From: Lytechinus pictus
Lineage: Eukaryota
Assembly (NCBI RefSeq): GCF_037042905.1
Contig: NC_087251.1
Span: 15,254,001 to 15,318,000 of the forward strand
Length of the DNA: 64,000 bases
Reading direction: 5' to 3'
In this document: positions 14,101 through 28,200 of the stretch, piece after piece
Position numbering within the stretch: position 1 is the first letter of the stretch
How the letters are laid out: each line of letters begins with the position of its first letter
Notes under the pieces: generated by a model
The model's input: only the letters and a program-made list of their open reading frames with translations
What the model was told of the DNA's origin: nothing
Database searches by the model: none
Position numbers and translations under genes: made by a program

Positions 14101-17100
14101 GTAACTTTTATTTTTTGGAGAGAGCAATTGTTGCCAGAGCATACTTTTGCTCAGTATATGAATCTAAATGTATGTCTGCATATTGAAGGTGCATTAAAGC
14201 TGCATTAATAGTGCATTCAATTTTTACCAATAACAGGTCAGAACAATTTCAAATGGAGTAAGTGCATCATCATATTATGAAACCAAAGTATGATTTGAAC
14301 CTAAGAATGAAAAACCAACATGGAAAGGAATACCGAATGTATATTACAGCATTATTTCTCTTTGATAATCATATCATATTTTTAATTTGAATAACTTATC
14401 AATTTCGTTCCATGTCTTGGTGAATTGTTGCATTTGCTTTTAGTTTTTGTTTTGCACTTTAATTTGGAATGGATTTTATTGTTTGCTGAATTATACATGT
14501 AGAGCATGATTTTTAGCACAATTCTAGAGCATGGTTTGCATTTACTCAATTATTTCATTGATTGTATTTAAATGTCTCTAATGTACTAATGAATTGATCT
14601 TAACAAGTGATACAGTAGACCTCTTTCAATTTTGAAAGGGCAATGTCCAAAATAAAATCTTTTTAAATGTTTATAAGATATCACACAAAACTGTGATTTA
14701 ATCTTTTAGTGTAGTAATGGATTAATTCAGACCATGTTCGTAATTGAATCTGTTTAATGCATATGAATAGTGTGTCTATCAAATGTAACTATGAAATGAC
14801 AAATTTTATCTATGTATGCAGTACAGCTTGAAAAAAAAACCAACCATTTTCAGCCCATTAAAAACCAATATTGAAGATCTTTTCAAATGCATATAAAATA
14901 CACATTATGTTGTTTATTTGATTGATGAATGTGAAATCCAAAGCACAAACAATGAAAGCAACTATTTAACAATTCTAAGAACAATATCATTGAATTTCCC
15001 AAGAATAAAATACAATGTTAGGTTTGTTGAGAGGTGTGTTTTCTGTAAATTTCATTCATAATGATGTAGGAAGTTAAGACAAATTTTTAGTGCCAGCTTA
15101 CTTTTTTTTATTTGATCCTAATTTAAATCAATGAACCTATAGCTTACCCATCATTACGAGGTTCCTGCCCCTTGGATGTAGCTGCTGCCTCCCTGATGGA
15201 CAACAATGAACTAGCCCTCGCACTCAGGGAACAGCACCTGGAGAAAGTCATCACCTTCTTGTCTAGGTGCGGGGTGCAGGACAACGCCCGTCTGAGGGCC
15301 ATGGGGAAACCCCTCACTGGATGGGACCCTCTAGATGGAGAGCGGTATCTGGATTTCATGAGGCATGCTGTGTGGGTCAATGGTAAGAGAGGATGGAGTC
15401 GTCAAATGAAGAGGCGGAAGTGGAGAGGTGGGATAGGTTAATCCATCGATTACTAAAATTTCTTGATATACAACCTTTTCTGCTTTCAACCTGTTAAAAC
15501 TATTAAAGAAAATTTAATATGAAATTGAAATGAGTCAAAATTGGAGATTCTATATTTTTATTTTATTATATTTTAATTATTAATGTTTGAAAAAATGTTC
15601 AATATATATATATATATATAAATATAAATAGTAAAAGGTTAGAGAAAATGGAAATAGGTGTAATTTCCATTTTATGATTCCTATGACAGGAGAGACTGTT
15701 GAAGAGAATGCTAACCTGATAGTGAGACTGCTGATCAGACATCCTGAGTGCCTTGGCCCAGCCTTGAGAGGGGAAGGAAAGGGCCTCCTAGCAGCCATGG
15801 AGGAGGCTATTGATCTCTCAGAGACAGCAGAGGAAGGGTATCTCATCTCTGCCCCTACCATGGCAATCAGTGAAGAGGATGGAGAGAGTAGACCCATTGA
15901 TGGGTGAGTAGGGGCATTGGTGATTTAAATGATTGCAGGAGTCAAGAAGTAGGATATTGAAGACTTATTAATGGATATAAGTTGAGCAACTATACACTGC
16001 TAAAGAAAGAAAAAAAAAGAGTTAAATTGATAATCACTTCTGACTTTTTGGTGGCAGCAGTGGGATTAAGGAACGAGGCTCACGTTTAGAGGTTTCTATA
16101 ACGCATTGAGCCTTGTGTATGTCTCAGCTCAAATGTAATACTTCATGTACTCAATTAATTTCTATGTGTTTCAGTTAATTCTGCAAATGGATGGGTATAA
16201 TATTTCAGTTGTCATATTCATAGTCTACAGTACATCAGGACCTACAAATATTGATCTTTCTGTGAATTTTCAACCCTGCTGTTTCTATTCCAGTCAAGAT
16301 GATGAAGGTGATGAGGACGAGGATGATGTGGACACTGGTGGAGCCATCCTGACCTTCTATGCAACCCTGATAGATCTCCTGGGCCGTTGCGCCCCTGATG
16401 AGAACCGCCTCTCACAGGGCAGAACTGAACCCCAGAGGATCAGGGCCATCCTGCAGAGTCTGGTCCCTCTGGATGATCTGGTTGGGGTGCTCAACCTCAA
16501 GTTTGTCCTGCCTTCTCCTCAGAAGATTTATGAGAAGAAAGATGGTAAGAACAGAGTGACTTCTAGATAGCTGAGAATGGGTCAAGTCATTTACAACTGA
16601 ATTCTCTAGATCTCCTAGGCTTTGTGTAAAGGACTTCCTGTTCTTATATACACAGGTTTGATTGTAAATTGAAATATTGAGAACATAGTGCAAATTGATT
16701 GGGTGAAGGTTGCCATGTGTGATTCAATAACCGTTTTTTGTTGAAAGTGTATCATGTGATGATAATCAGTGATCCTCCCATTTTGTTCATAAATTGTCTG
16801 TATACCAGTACCAGTGTAAAGTACTGGTCTCAACGTGAGAACACATGTAGGTCTAACTAGATAAGACACAATTCTTTGAATGGGTCCTCCATTGTGTACA
16901 AACAATATAGCTCTTGAAATGGTATTGTATCTAACCTGGTTGGATCCACAGCTGCATTATGGTATACTGTACATTGGTAATAGTGGATAGCATTTAACAC
17001 TCATGAATGGATGGCATCATAGAGAATCTGTGATCCACTGACTCGTTTCCCATTCTTCCCCTCAGATGGAGCTGGTAAACCATTGGGTGCTGATCTGAAG

Positions 17101-20100
17101 GGTCTTACCCCAGTCCACAAGGAAGCCATGCTACTGTTTCTGGAGAGGGTGTATGGTATAGGGAATCAGGAGCTCTTCTTTGAGCTCCTTGAGGTGGGAT
17201 TCCTTCCTGATCTCAGGGCAGCCACAACCATGGACACGGTAAGAAATCTTGTTGAGTGACAATCTCATGAAAAACAAGTTGGGATGATGATGCAATAGAT
17301 ATTTTTGATGAAGGATGCATATGCTTGATGTTCTTTGAAGATTTGCATGGTGGTACAGATCACATAGAGGGTTTAAATGTCACTTGATTATTCATCCAGG
17401 AAAGACTCTTCGGTGTAGGAAATTGAAGGCACATACATGTACCTGTAATAAATTAAAGTGTTCTTTCCAGAGACTGGATGACGCTCCTGAAAAGGAATGT
17501 AAACTAGAGGAGATGCACAGAGATTGGGATTAGGGAATAAGGTAAGGAAAGTCATTGCTTGTGGGCCACAAATATTTATATAACCATTTTCTCTTGTCAC
17601 CATCCCACAGCCCACCACCCATGACCATGACATGGCCCTGGCTCTCAATCGCTACATCTGTAATTCGGTGCTACCCCTCCTAACCCGACACAGTGAGATG
17701 TTTGAGAGTGCTGACCACTATGCCTCTCTCTTGGATTCTACTCTCCACACCGTCTACAGGCTGGCCAGCTGTCGGTCACTCACTAGGGGACAGAGGGACA
17801 CAGTGGCTGATTTCTTGGTGGCCCTTACAAGGTTTGGAGACCAACTATTGTAGCCATGGGGTTTTAAATTATTCTGTATGAATATCAAACTCGACAGAGA
17901 GAAATCCTCAATTTCTATTTGACAATAAGAGGGGTTCTTTTCCTTGTGATGTGTCTAGATATAAACTTTTCAAATGAATTTTGTTTGAAAACATATGTTT
18001 TCGTAAATCATTTTTGTCTCGCCTGCATAGCAGAGCGAGACTATAGGTGCCGCTTTTCCGACGGCGGCGGCGGCGGCGTCGTCAACATTGAAATCTTAAC
18101 CAAGGTTAAGTTTTTGAAATGTCATCATAACTTAGAAAGTATATGGACCTAGTTCATGAAACTTGGACATAAGGATAATCAAGTATTACTTAACATCTTG
18201 CCTGAGTTTCAGGTCACATGACCAAGGTCAAAGGTCATTTAGGGTCAATGAACTTAGACCATGTTGGGGGAATTAATATCGAAATCTTAACCAAGGTTAA
18301 GTTTTTGAAATGTCGTAATAACTTCCAAAGTATATGGACCTAGTTCATGAAAATTGAACATAAGGGTGATAGTGTATCATTGAAGATCCTGCCTAAGTTT
18401 CAGGTCACATGACCAAGGTCAAAGGTCACTTAGGGTCTACGAACTGTGACCATGTTGGGGGTATTTGTGGAATCGTCATAATTTTAAAAGTTTATAGATC
18501 TAGTTCATAGAAACTTTGGACATAAGAGTAACCATGTATCCCTGAATGTCTTGTGCTTGTTTCAGGTCACATGACCAAAATCAAAGGTCATTTACGGTCA
18601 ATGAACTTTGGCCGTGTTGGGGGTATTTGTTGAATTGGCATTATAACTTAGAAAGTTTATGGATCTACACATGTAGTTCATGAAACATATACATAAGGGT
18701 AATCGAGTTGTTTTGCACATGTCTGAGGTCACATGATCATGGTCAAAGGTCATGTTGGGTAAATGGACATAGTATTTTATTATCGTATGAGTGTTTTCTT
18801 TTATGAATAATTATTTAATTGCTGTTTTCAAAGTCAGCACTGCTGGTATATCGAATGGCGTAATGCAGGCGAGACTGCCAGAGGCGTTCCACTTGTTATA
18901 CTTAACTTTAACTTTTTTTTTAGTTCTTTCCTTTGTCATATATTAAGAAATTAACTATTATATCACTTAACGTTTTTCTTAGTTCTTTCATTTCTTATAT
19001 AGTAAGCAACTGACTCTTATATCGCTAAGTATTTAAACTATATTCCTTAAAAATGACTGCTTGTTGAGTCTTAATCTATACTTATTTTGTACACTGTAAG
19101 TAGGGAGAAACATTTGTTGAATGTAATTGGGGGTCCAGTCCTTATTTATAATGCTGATTAGTAAAATTCATATTCACAATGACACAAAAGAGTGCAAGGT
19201 TTTATATCCTCCATCTTTCTCTTTTATGTAATCAACAGGAGTCTGAAGCCTTCCATGATGCAGCGGTTACTGCGGAAGCTAATCAACGATGTGCCTATTC
19301 TAGCTGAATACTCTTATGTGGCCTTAAAGGTGAGCTTGACACCAAACATATGCTACCTCTCATCTAGATACCATTTATTGTATGAAATATAAATCATGAT
19401 TTTTTTTTCATTCATATGTGTTTGGGAAGATGAACTATCCTTCTCTCATCTCTGTAATTTTATTGTTTCACCTTCAAGTACAATAGGTCATATCTGTCAT
19501 CCATGGGATGCATGCATACTCTTTCTTACTCTTGTGCCAATTAAAAAAAAAATCAGGAGTGGGATAGTTATAATGTCTCTTGCCTGAAAATGTGTCTTTA
19601 ATACTTTTCTGTGTTTCTTCATGTATATACATGAACTACTGAATTCCGATATTCCATTAATGAATTAAGGATAATGAATACAAACAGTATGAGTCTTATG
19701 ATTGTAGAAAAATGAAACAATGAAGATAAAAACCTGTCGATATGTTTACCCAACAGATTCTCCAGCTTCACTATGAGCGCTGTGTGACATACTATGGTAG
19801 CAGTGGTGGATGGGGTAGCTATGGAGCTGCTAATGACGAAGAGAAGAGACTCACTATGATGCTGTTCACTGGTCTATTTGATGCCCTGGCTGAGAAGGTA
19901 TGATGGGGGAAACTTTCATGAGAATGATCAGCATTCTGCTTTGATTGTCTTGGAGTTGTTTCTGTATTCTGTTTGGTGCCGTGACATGAGCACCAATTGA
20001 GTGGGATGAACAATCCGTGCATTAAGCCAAATTTAAAACCTGACCTCAGAGGTATCTGGACCATAATTTTAACTCTCACATTATTCTGTACCAAATCCCT

Positions 20101-23100
20101 ATCACAATCAATATACCTGCACCTGTCGATCTTCCAAAAATTAGACGAGCAATTTTCAGTAGAGCATATGTTATGGTGCCATTTTTATGTGCTCTTCGTC
20201 TTCATAAGGAAATTCAGAACTTTCTTAAACCATCTAAAATATTGCAATACTGTATGTTACAATACTAATGATAGGCAAGTCCAATTCCATCTCTCTACTT
20301 CATATCTTAATGTTATGTCATTTAACATAAATCTGTTTGACCTTTGTCTTTCTTTCATTGAAAAATCATCTGTACCTACCTTGTTTTCATTTTTTGTTTC
20401 TTCATTTTAATTACATTTCATATCATTGTTTCATTTAATTTATCAATATCACTTGATATTTTTGCAGGAGTATGATGAGGAATTGTTTGATAGAGCTTTA
20501 CCTTGCCTGACAGCCATAGGAAGTGCCTTGCCTCCAGACTATAGTATGTCATATCATGATGAAAGCTACGTCAGGGAATCTTGCTTTGATGCTGATGGCA
20601 TATACCAACCAAAACCAGTCGACACAAACAAGTAAGATGAATATAACATTGTCCCTCCTTGATTTTGATATATTTTATTGGATTACAGATGCATTTTGAA
20701 TTCTCTGTATCTCCCCTCACTCTTTTTCTCTTTCTTTATTTACTTCATTCATTTTTTTTTTCATTTATATCTTACTTTCTGCCTTTATTTTTTGTGTGTG
20801 TGTCTTGTACTTAATTATCTTTTCTTTGAAGAGGTTTAATTGCTATCTTGTATTTTATTGCCTTATGCTAATTTTTTTTCCTTTTTACTCTTCACTTGCT
20901 TTGTTAGAGTTATTTAATTAGATTAATGAATTCATTAATGCAAATTTCAGTGTACCTTAGTAAATGAATTCATATTTATTTCACATTTACAACGTACATG
21001 TGTGAACACGTCACTTTTTATTTTTTCAATTGTTTTTCAGGGTGCTACTGAATGAAAGCTTGTTGTCTTTCAGTGATAGATTTGCTGAGCATCTTCATGA
21101 TAGCTGGGCTTTAGCAATGGTAGGCCAGGTTCATTGATATACATTTGTGTGCTCTAACATTGTTTTATTTCTTCTCAAAGAATATATGAACTGAGTCATA
21201 GCAATTTGCTTAGGATAACTCAAAATTATCAACTCAATTTATTTGTTTAGAGTTGCTCTTTAAATAGTCTGATTCAAAATGTACTAAACTCTAAAAAGTA
21301 AACCTAGGAACATATAATTTTCTTCTTTTTTTGTTGCTCTTAAATTGCATACAGACATGATAATATAATATATCATCTGCGGTTTTAAAATTGTTTATTA
21401 TTATAATTGGATTTAAGTTGCATAATGATGCTCACATGCTCACATGTGTCATGACAATGATTTTCTTATTTTCTTCTGCAGTTTGACAATGGATGGACAC
21501 ATGGCGAAACAGAAAACAGTGCAATGAAAGAATCCTTCCTTCTAAGACCTTATAAGACACTCACAACAAAGGTAGGTTCATCCTCCAGATATTCTTATTG
21601 ATGCATTAAGTCACTTGATCAGAACTTCCCATCTTCATGGAAAAACCTCTTCCTGCACAATACTAAAGGCTAACCAAGACGTGAAGTACTACTTCAGTAC
21701 CGTATAAGTGATATGCGTAGCTTTCAAAAATGAATTTAAGATACCCAATTTGGTTTTTCTGGTAATTCTAAAATGTATTTGAGAATGTTGTTCAGTTTAT
21801 CAGGCAAGGAAAGTCCTTCCCATTCAGGGTTCCCAGCCCATCAGGGAAATCAGGGAAAATTATTTTTACTTTTTTCCAGTCAGGAAAAAATCATGGAATT
21901 TGATAAAAAAATACCTCAAATCATGGAAAAATCAGGGAATTTTGATCGGCCCAAAAGTCGAAAGCACGGTAGTCAGTCAGACTCTGTTATATTTTTTTGC
22001 ATATCAAAACAACATTCATTGAATGCCTGGTTATGGTGGTACTAATTAGTTTTACATTATTATTTTTGTACTGAAAATACATGTAATTCACTGCAACAAC
22101 AACAGCGAAACTGGGAATGGGTTTAAATACTTATCAGGGAATTTAGAAAATTCATGGGGGAAAATCAGGGAATTTTGTTTTCTTGAAAAGCTGGGAACCC
22201 TGCCATTAAAGACATAACCCTTAGAGATACAGGAATTTCCTAAATCTGCTTTTACCCATCAGATTGGCATCAATTATTCAAATTAATAATAATTGCAAAA
22301 TTTATCCAAAAAGTTGCAATTTTGCATTTCATAAATGGTGATATTTTTTCATTGTATTGCCAATTTACATGGTTAAGACAGTTACTTATGATTATTAATC
22401 TAAGTACAGTATTATGGTTCACCGTACCGCTTTGAGAATTGAATAATATTTCAGTGCATTTTCTCTTTCTGAGCTTATATCATGTGTGATAGTCAGGATC
22501 AAAATATACTGTAAATGACACTGTACCACTGTGGGCTAACCACCGTTTGCTCTCACCTCAAAGCCTTGATGTATCTTTTTTTTACTGTTTTGTAGGAGAA
22601 GGACTCATACAGAGAGCCAGTAAGGGAGTGTATCAAAGCTCTCCTTGCATGGGGCTGGGCTATAGAGCGAAGCAAAGCATCAGAACAGCAATCACAAGCT
22701 CATAGACCTAGGAGATTATCAAAAGCAAGTCTGGTAAGTAAAGACTAACTCCTGGACATGCCTCCAACATTTCTTATTGAAAACAGATAAAGATCACTTT
22801 ACTGGAAAAATAGGAATGAACAGCATACAAAAGTACTCTATCAAACGACTATTTTATTGGAACATCATATTGCAATAAGAGCTCAGAATATTGTCATAAT
22901 TTTCAAGTGACTTATTACTACATGATAACAAATTTGCATACATTTATATATTTGGTTACCAAATAAAGATCAACGATGTGATTTTTTTTCACAAAACCTG
23001 CATTTAAGACCTTCTATTGATATTGTGCATTCTATAAGTTGATATCCACTGCTGATAGTGTATGCATCTGTTTTTACATCCAACTGCTTCTGTTTTCAAT

Positions 23101-25203
23101 TGCCAATGCTCTCAGAGTTCATTATACAATTTACTTTTTAAAACTGCTCAGAAACGTATTTCCTGTTTCATTTACATGTAATTCACCTTTCTTTCCTTCG
23201 AACAAAGTTTCTCTCCTTTACCAAATAAAAAGGCTATTTCAACATTCGTATAACCTTCTGATACCATTGAAATATATGTACTATTTATGCAGTATTTAAC
23301 TGAATGTTTGATGATATGTGAAATAGAAAGTTTTCACTCAATTTTCCTTGATTTTGTTAATGATATACAGGGTGCAATGGAGTCTCCCCATGGTTATAAC
23401 CCACGACCCATTGATGTCTCAAACATTACACTCACAAGAGAGATGCAGGTAAGTCTCAAGAACAACATTTTCATTCTATTTTATTTTGTATGAAATGACA
23501 AGAAAGTTTAGCAGGGAGAAATTGTCTTTTAGTTATATGAGACTCTTATATGTGTTTAGTATGTGTGTTTCCTAAATGACAATGAGACTACTTCCACACT
23601 CTCAATTTTTACTTAGTGACTAACATTTCCTTAGGCTTGATGAAGGGTCCAAAAGATCCCATACCCAATTATACTAGTATACTAAAGGCTTAGTATCAAG
23701 ACATTATAGGGTCCGGCTTTTTATTAATAATCAGAGTCAATTTCAAACCAATGGTCAAGAGCCCTTTGTGACCAAAGCCAGGAGCAGGAATCCTAAAGAA
23801 TATCTTGTTAATTTTAAAAATTCAATTTTTACGAAGAGAAATCAATGTTGGGATTAGGAAATGAATGTCAAAATACCAGGTATGGTGAAGCCCCTGAAAA
23901 AATAATAATCTTTTTAACTCTGCCCGTTTTGATCAACTCAAGTCACATTCTATTCACAATACACACAGAGTGCATTAAGTTTATTGTTCGTACACACATA
24001 CACAATAGTGATGTGTGCATCGCTTTGTACTGTGTACACACAAAGCTTTTCTTTACAATAAGCCAATCAAAAGCTATTGTGAGCTGCATTAGCATAGTCC
24101 ACGCAAAATCCCTCTTAAGGTTGCACCTTGAAATTAATGTGGCGCAGGAGAGTTGAGAGTTAAGTTGTCAATGCTATTAAGCTCAATCCTCATGTAGAAT
24201 TTATTGGTATTGATATGGGCTTTGATCTATTATTGTTTGCTTTTTCTCATTCATTGCAGAACATGGCAGAAAGGCTAGCAGAGAATGCCCATGATGTATG
24301 GGCCAAGAAAACCAAGCTAGAAATGGAACTAAGAGGTCAGTTCATTGAAAAAAAATATCTGATGAAATCAACCTAACCCTCAAAGTCTTGTGATAAAAAT
24401 GTTCAATTTATTCTTAAGCATTTTTTTTTGTAAAGTGAATTTGTTTTATGCCATAGATGAGTTGTGGTAGAATTGTAGGATGGCAATTAGGAGATATTAG
24501 ATTGAAATCCTCCTACTAGTCAAAGCTGAATATTAACACAAAACTTTGCTGTAATGTATTTCCTTTTGAGGTTTGAGATGAGAGTCAAGTGATCATTTAT
24601 ATGAATATGATACTCTAATCATTAATGAGGAGCTTATGTTCATAAGTGATGTACATTTACATGTAATTCAGGGGAAATTTTCAAGGTCAAGGTCAACAAA
24701 AGATGACATACAGTGTAATTAGTGTTTTAAAAAGGTTTCCATTAATCCATTTCTTCATTAATGTAAGATCCAGAGATCACACTGGTAAGGGAATATTCAG
24801 AAGTACAAGTATAAGGGAAATGATGTAAATTAACTATTGTTTGGTCCTGCCTCATTTTCTTAGCTTTCAGATCAACATTTTTATCATGATTTTTATGAAA
24901 GTTTTTTCTGTGATTGATGAGTTGTAGAAATTAGTAATTTCATGTGAGGGAAAAGAATGGAAAAATATTGCAAACTTAAAAATATTTAGGTGTATGAACC
25001 ATGAAGATTTACCCTGACCCTTACCCTGACATTTTTCCTCAAACAGGAAGTGGTTGCCACACCCAAATGGTGCCCTTTGACATCTTGACAGACAGTGAGA
25101 AGAAGAAAGATAGAGACATGGCACATGCACTGCTCAAGTTCCTTCAAGTGAATGGATACAGGTTGCAGAGGTATGTGTGGGTTTGTACCAGCGATAGTGA
25201 GGG

Positions 25204-25234
<31 letters not shown>

Positions 25235-28200
25235 GGTGGTGGTGATGATGTGGTGATGATGTGGTGATGGTGGTGATGATGGTGATGAGGATGATTATTA
25301 TACTGCTGTAATTATAAAACTGATGTTGGTAATGATGTTGATAAGGATGATGATGATGTCATTGTTGTAGATGATTATTCTGGTGATGGTAATGATGTTC
25401 TGATAATAAAAACATGATGATCCAGAGCTGTGTAGTACGTAAATCATATGATTACCTTTAAAATGTGATTTTTCTAGTCTAGTGGAAGCAACCAGTTTCT
25501 TTTTTCAGCATCTTCTTCATCTCGGCAATTATGAGTTTTAATATAAACTTACATACATGTACCCTCTCGTAAAATAAATTCAAATGTATACTGTATGTTG
25601 TTTACTTTAAGTTCAATATTTTATTCATGATCATAACAGTGAAGAGGAAGAAGCAAAGAAGAGGTAATATAGATTGATTTTATGAAGGAATCATGGTTGT
25701 GTTGTGCATGTTTTCATTTTGTATTTGTACATGGTTTAATAGGGGCTTGAATCATTAACAGCCAAATCAGTTGAACTGTAGACCAATTAAAAAGATGATA
25801 TCCTCTCTCTTTTAGAATTTATTTCAGCTGTTGGTGAATCCCCTTCCCCTTCCCTGTTTTTGTGCATGTTATAGATATGCCCTTGGTGTCGTGGTTTGGA
25901 TATGATTTAGTAAAGTATGATTCAATAAGTCATAAATCTGCCAAACGAAGACAAATTTGAGTGTGTTTCTCTGTTAGCGCACTTTTAAAATATTTGAGTT
26001 GCCACTTGATGTAGGCCATGTGTTTTGTGCATGTAAGCTGTTGTCCAGGTCATTGACAATTTTATTAGTATTCATGATATCAATATTTCAATGTATTGTA
26101 TTTTGGAATTTTAATATTCAGTTCCGGAAAAAAATCTATGAGCCAGTTCTGAGGCTTGCTTACATTTACAGATTCACAGATACATGTATTCATTACCTAC
26201 ATGTACATGTATCCATGCCAATTTGATATTGTGCTGTTTGTCAAATGATTCTGTTGCAATTATATGTACATTAGGTCTGGTGGTCAGTTGTGAAATAGGG
26301 ATAAAACTTGTATTTGGTTGGTTGTTTTGTTTTTTCATTATGAAATAAAGAACCAGATTAGTTGTCATTTCTTTTTTATAATTATAATTTTTCATTATAT
26401 GAAAATATCAATAAATTTCATGGGGGACAGAAATATCTTAGTGTAACATAGACATCTCCTGGCAGGTTAGGGTACGGGTTAGGGTACATAGAGATTACAG
26501 TGTGATGTATAATTCTTGACTGTAGTTGGTGTTAGTTTCTGCATGCATGTTTTACTTCATATTTTGGAGTTGTATAATTAGGTAGATTACTTTCATTTCT
26601 AGATTATCTGTAATGATAAAGTCATGGTAGATTATTGAAGACTAGCCAGTTTGTTGTTGATGACTTTCATTGGTCATTGTTTCAAAGATTATTTGTTGAT
26701 TTGTCTTAAATCGATATTGTAAACAGTGGTTTTCCTGCTTGCATTTTTGCATGAAGGTTTGAATTGATGCTGATTGATTTTTTTGTCAATTTTATTTTAA
26801 CACTTTTTGAACCGATGACAGAAATGCATTTATCAGCCGAGCAAAGTAAGTATGGTTGGATAACCCATATGAAACATACATGTTCATTTTCAAATGAATA
26901 AGGATCAAAATTCTTTTTAATTATGGAGTTGAAACTGCTTTATGAGAAATCACCCTCAATTATTTAAAGTTTGCCGCTCTAGACAAGGCATGTAATTGAG
27001 CACTATTATAATCATCTTGCAATGATTATTTCTCATTGTGGATGATTTTCCTTACAGACACAGCCTATCTATGGATCATGATGGCATCATCAGAGGACAT
27101 AGCACCATAGAGAAAAGATTTGCCTTCAATCTCCTTGACAAACTCCTGCATTATGTGGACAAATCACAGGCAAATCTCAAACCAATGAGGCGCAGTCAAG
27201 ATGGTGGGTACTGTGATGGTTTGAACAGTTATTGTGATTAGACAATTTATAATATTTTTTTAAAAACTTTCTTTGATCAGCTTTATTCTTTAAATATGCA
27301 AAGGTATTTTCATCTTGTTGCTACATTTTGCATTTCAAATTTTATGCAATAGAAGTAAATAGATTTTGATTACAGAAAATATATTTCAAATAATTTTTTT
27401 TCCGATTTGTGGAGAAAACAGTGGTTTTGACGTTTACACGGCATTGCCAATTTAAGGATTTTTATGATCATTTTCCTCGCTTTTTGGTATAACACAAGAG
27501 GTATTAATGTTATAAATATGTTAATGTTATAAATATGTCCACTCCATGTGTTATTTTGAAGGAAAAAAAAGTTCTGGGATGATGAATTCCAGATCTGGCC
27601 ATGGTAGATATCTAAGTTGAGAATATGTCTAGAATCCATCTTGTACACAGTTCTAAGTTTACCAATGCAAATGACATGATATCCAATGTTGGTTTCACTT
27701 ATCCAGCTTTCCGTTCTTCCAAGAAAGAGAGCTCAGGAGATAGAGGGTACAAGTTCTTTGCCAAGGTATTTTTACTCTATATTTTTAATGAATATTTTAT
27801 TTAATGTATTTACAAGTTAATATATGTGAGAGAAAAAATATTTTTTACTCTTTTTGCTATCAAATAATCTATATTATGAATATGATCATAAATATGAAAT
27901 AAATTTGCTTGATGGTTAAAATGTAAAGTTACCCATTTGAAACCTTCTCCTATTAATAGAACCACCTCCACCCCCTGCTTCATTTCCTACCATAGCATAT
28001 TCCTTAATAATTTTCTGCATCCTAACTCAAAAGTAGTATTACTCTTACTCCTTCCTTTTACTTTCATCTCATAAATGTCATTTTTTTAATTATCTGGATA
28101 TCGCAACCTAGATTTGAGGGTAACAAAATAAAAAAAAATAATCCTAAATCCCAATTGACTGAATTTTATCTCCAGGTTGTTCTTCCTCTGATTGAGAAGT

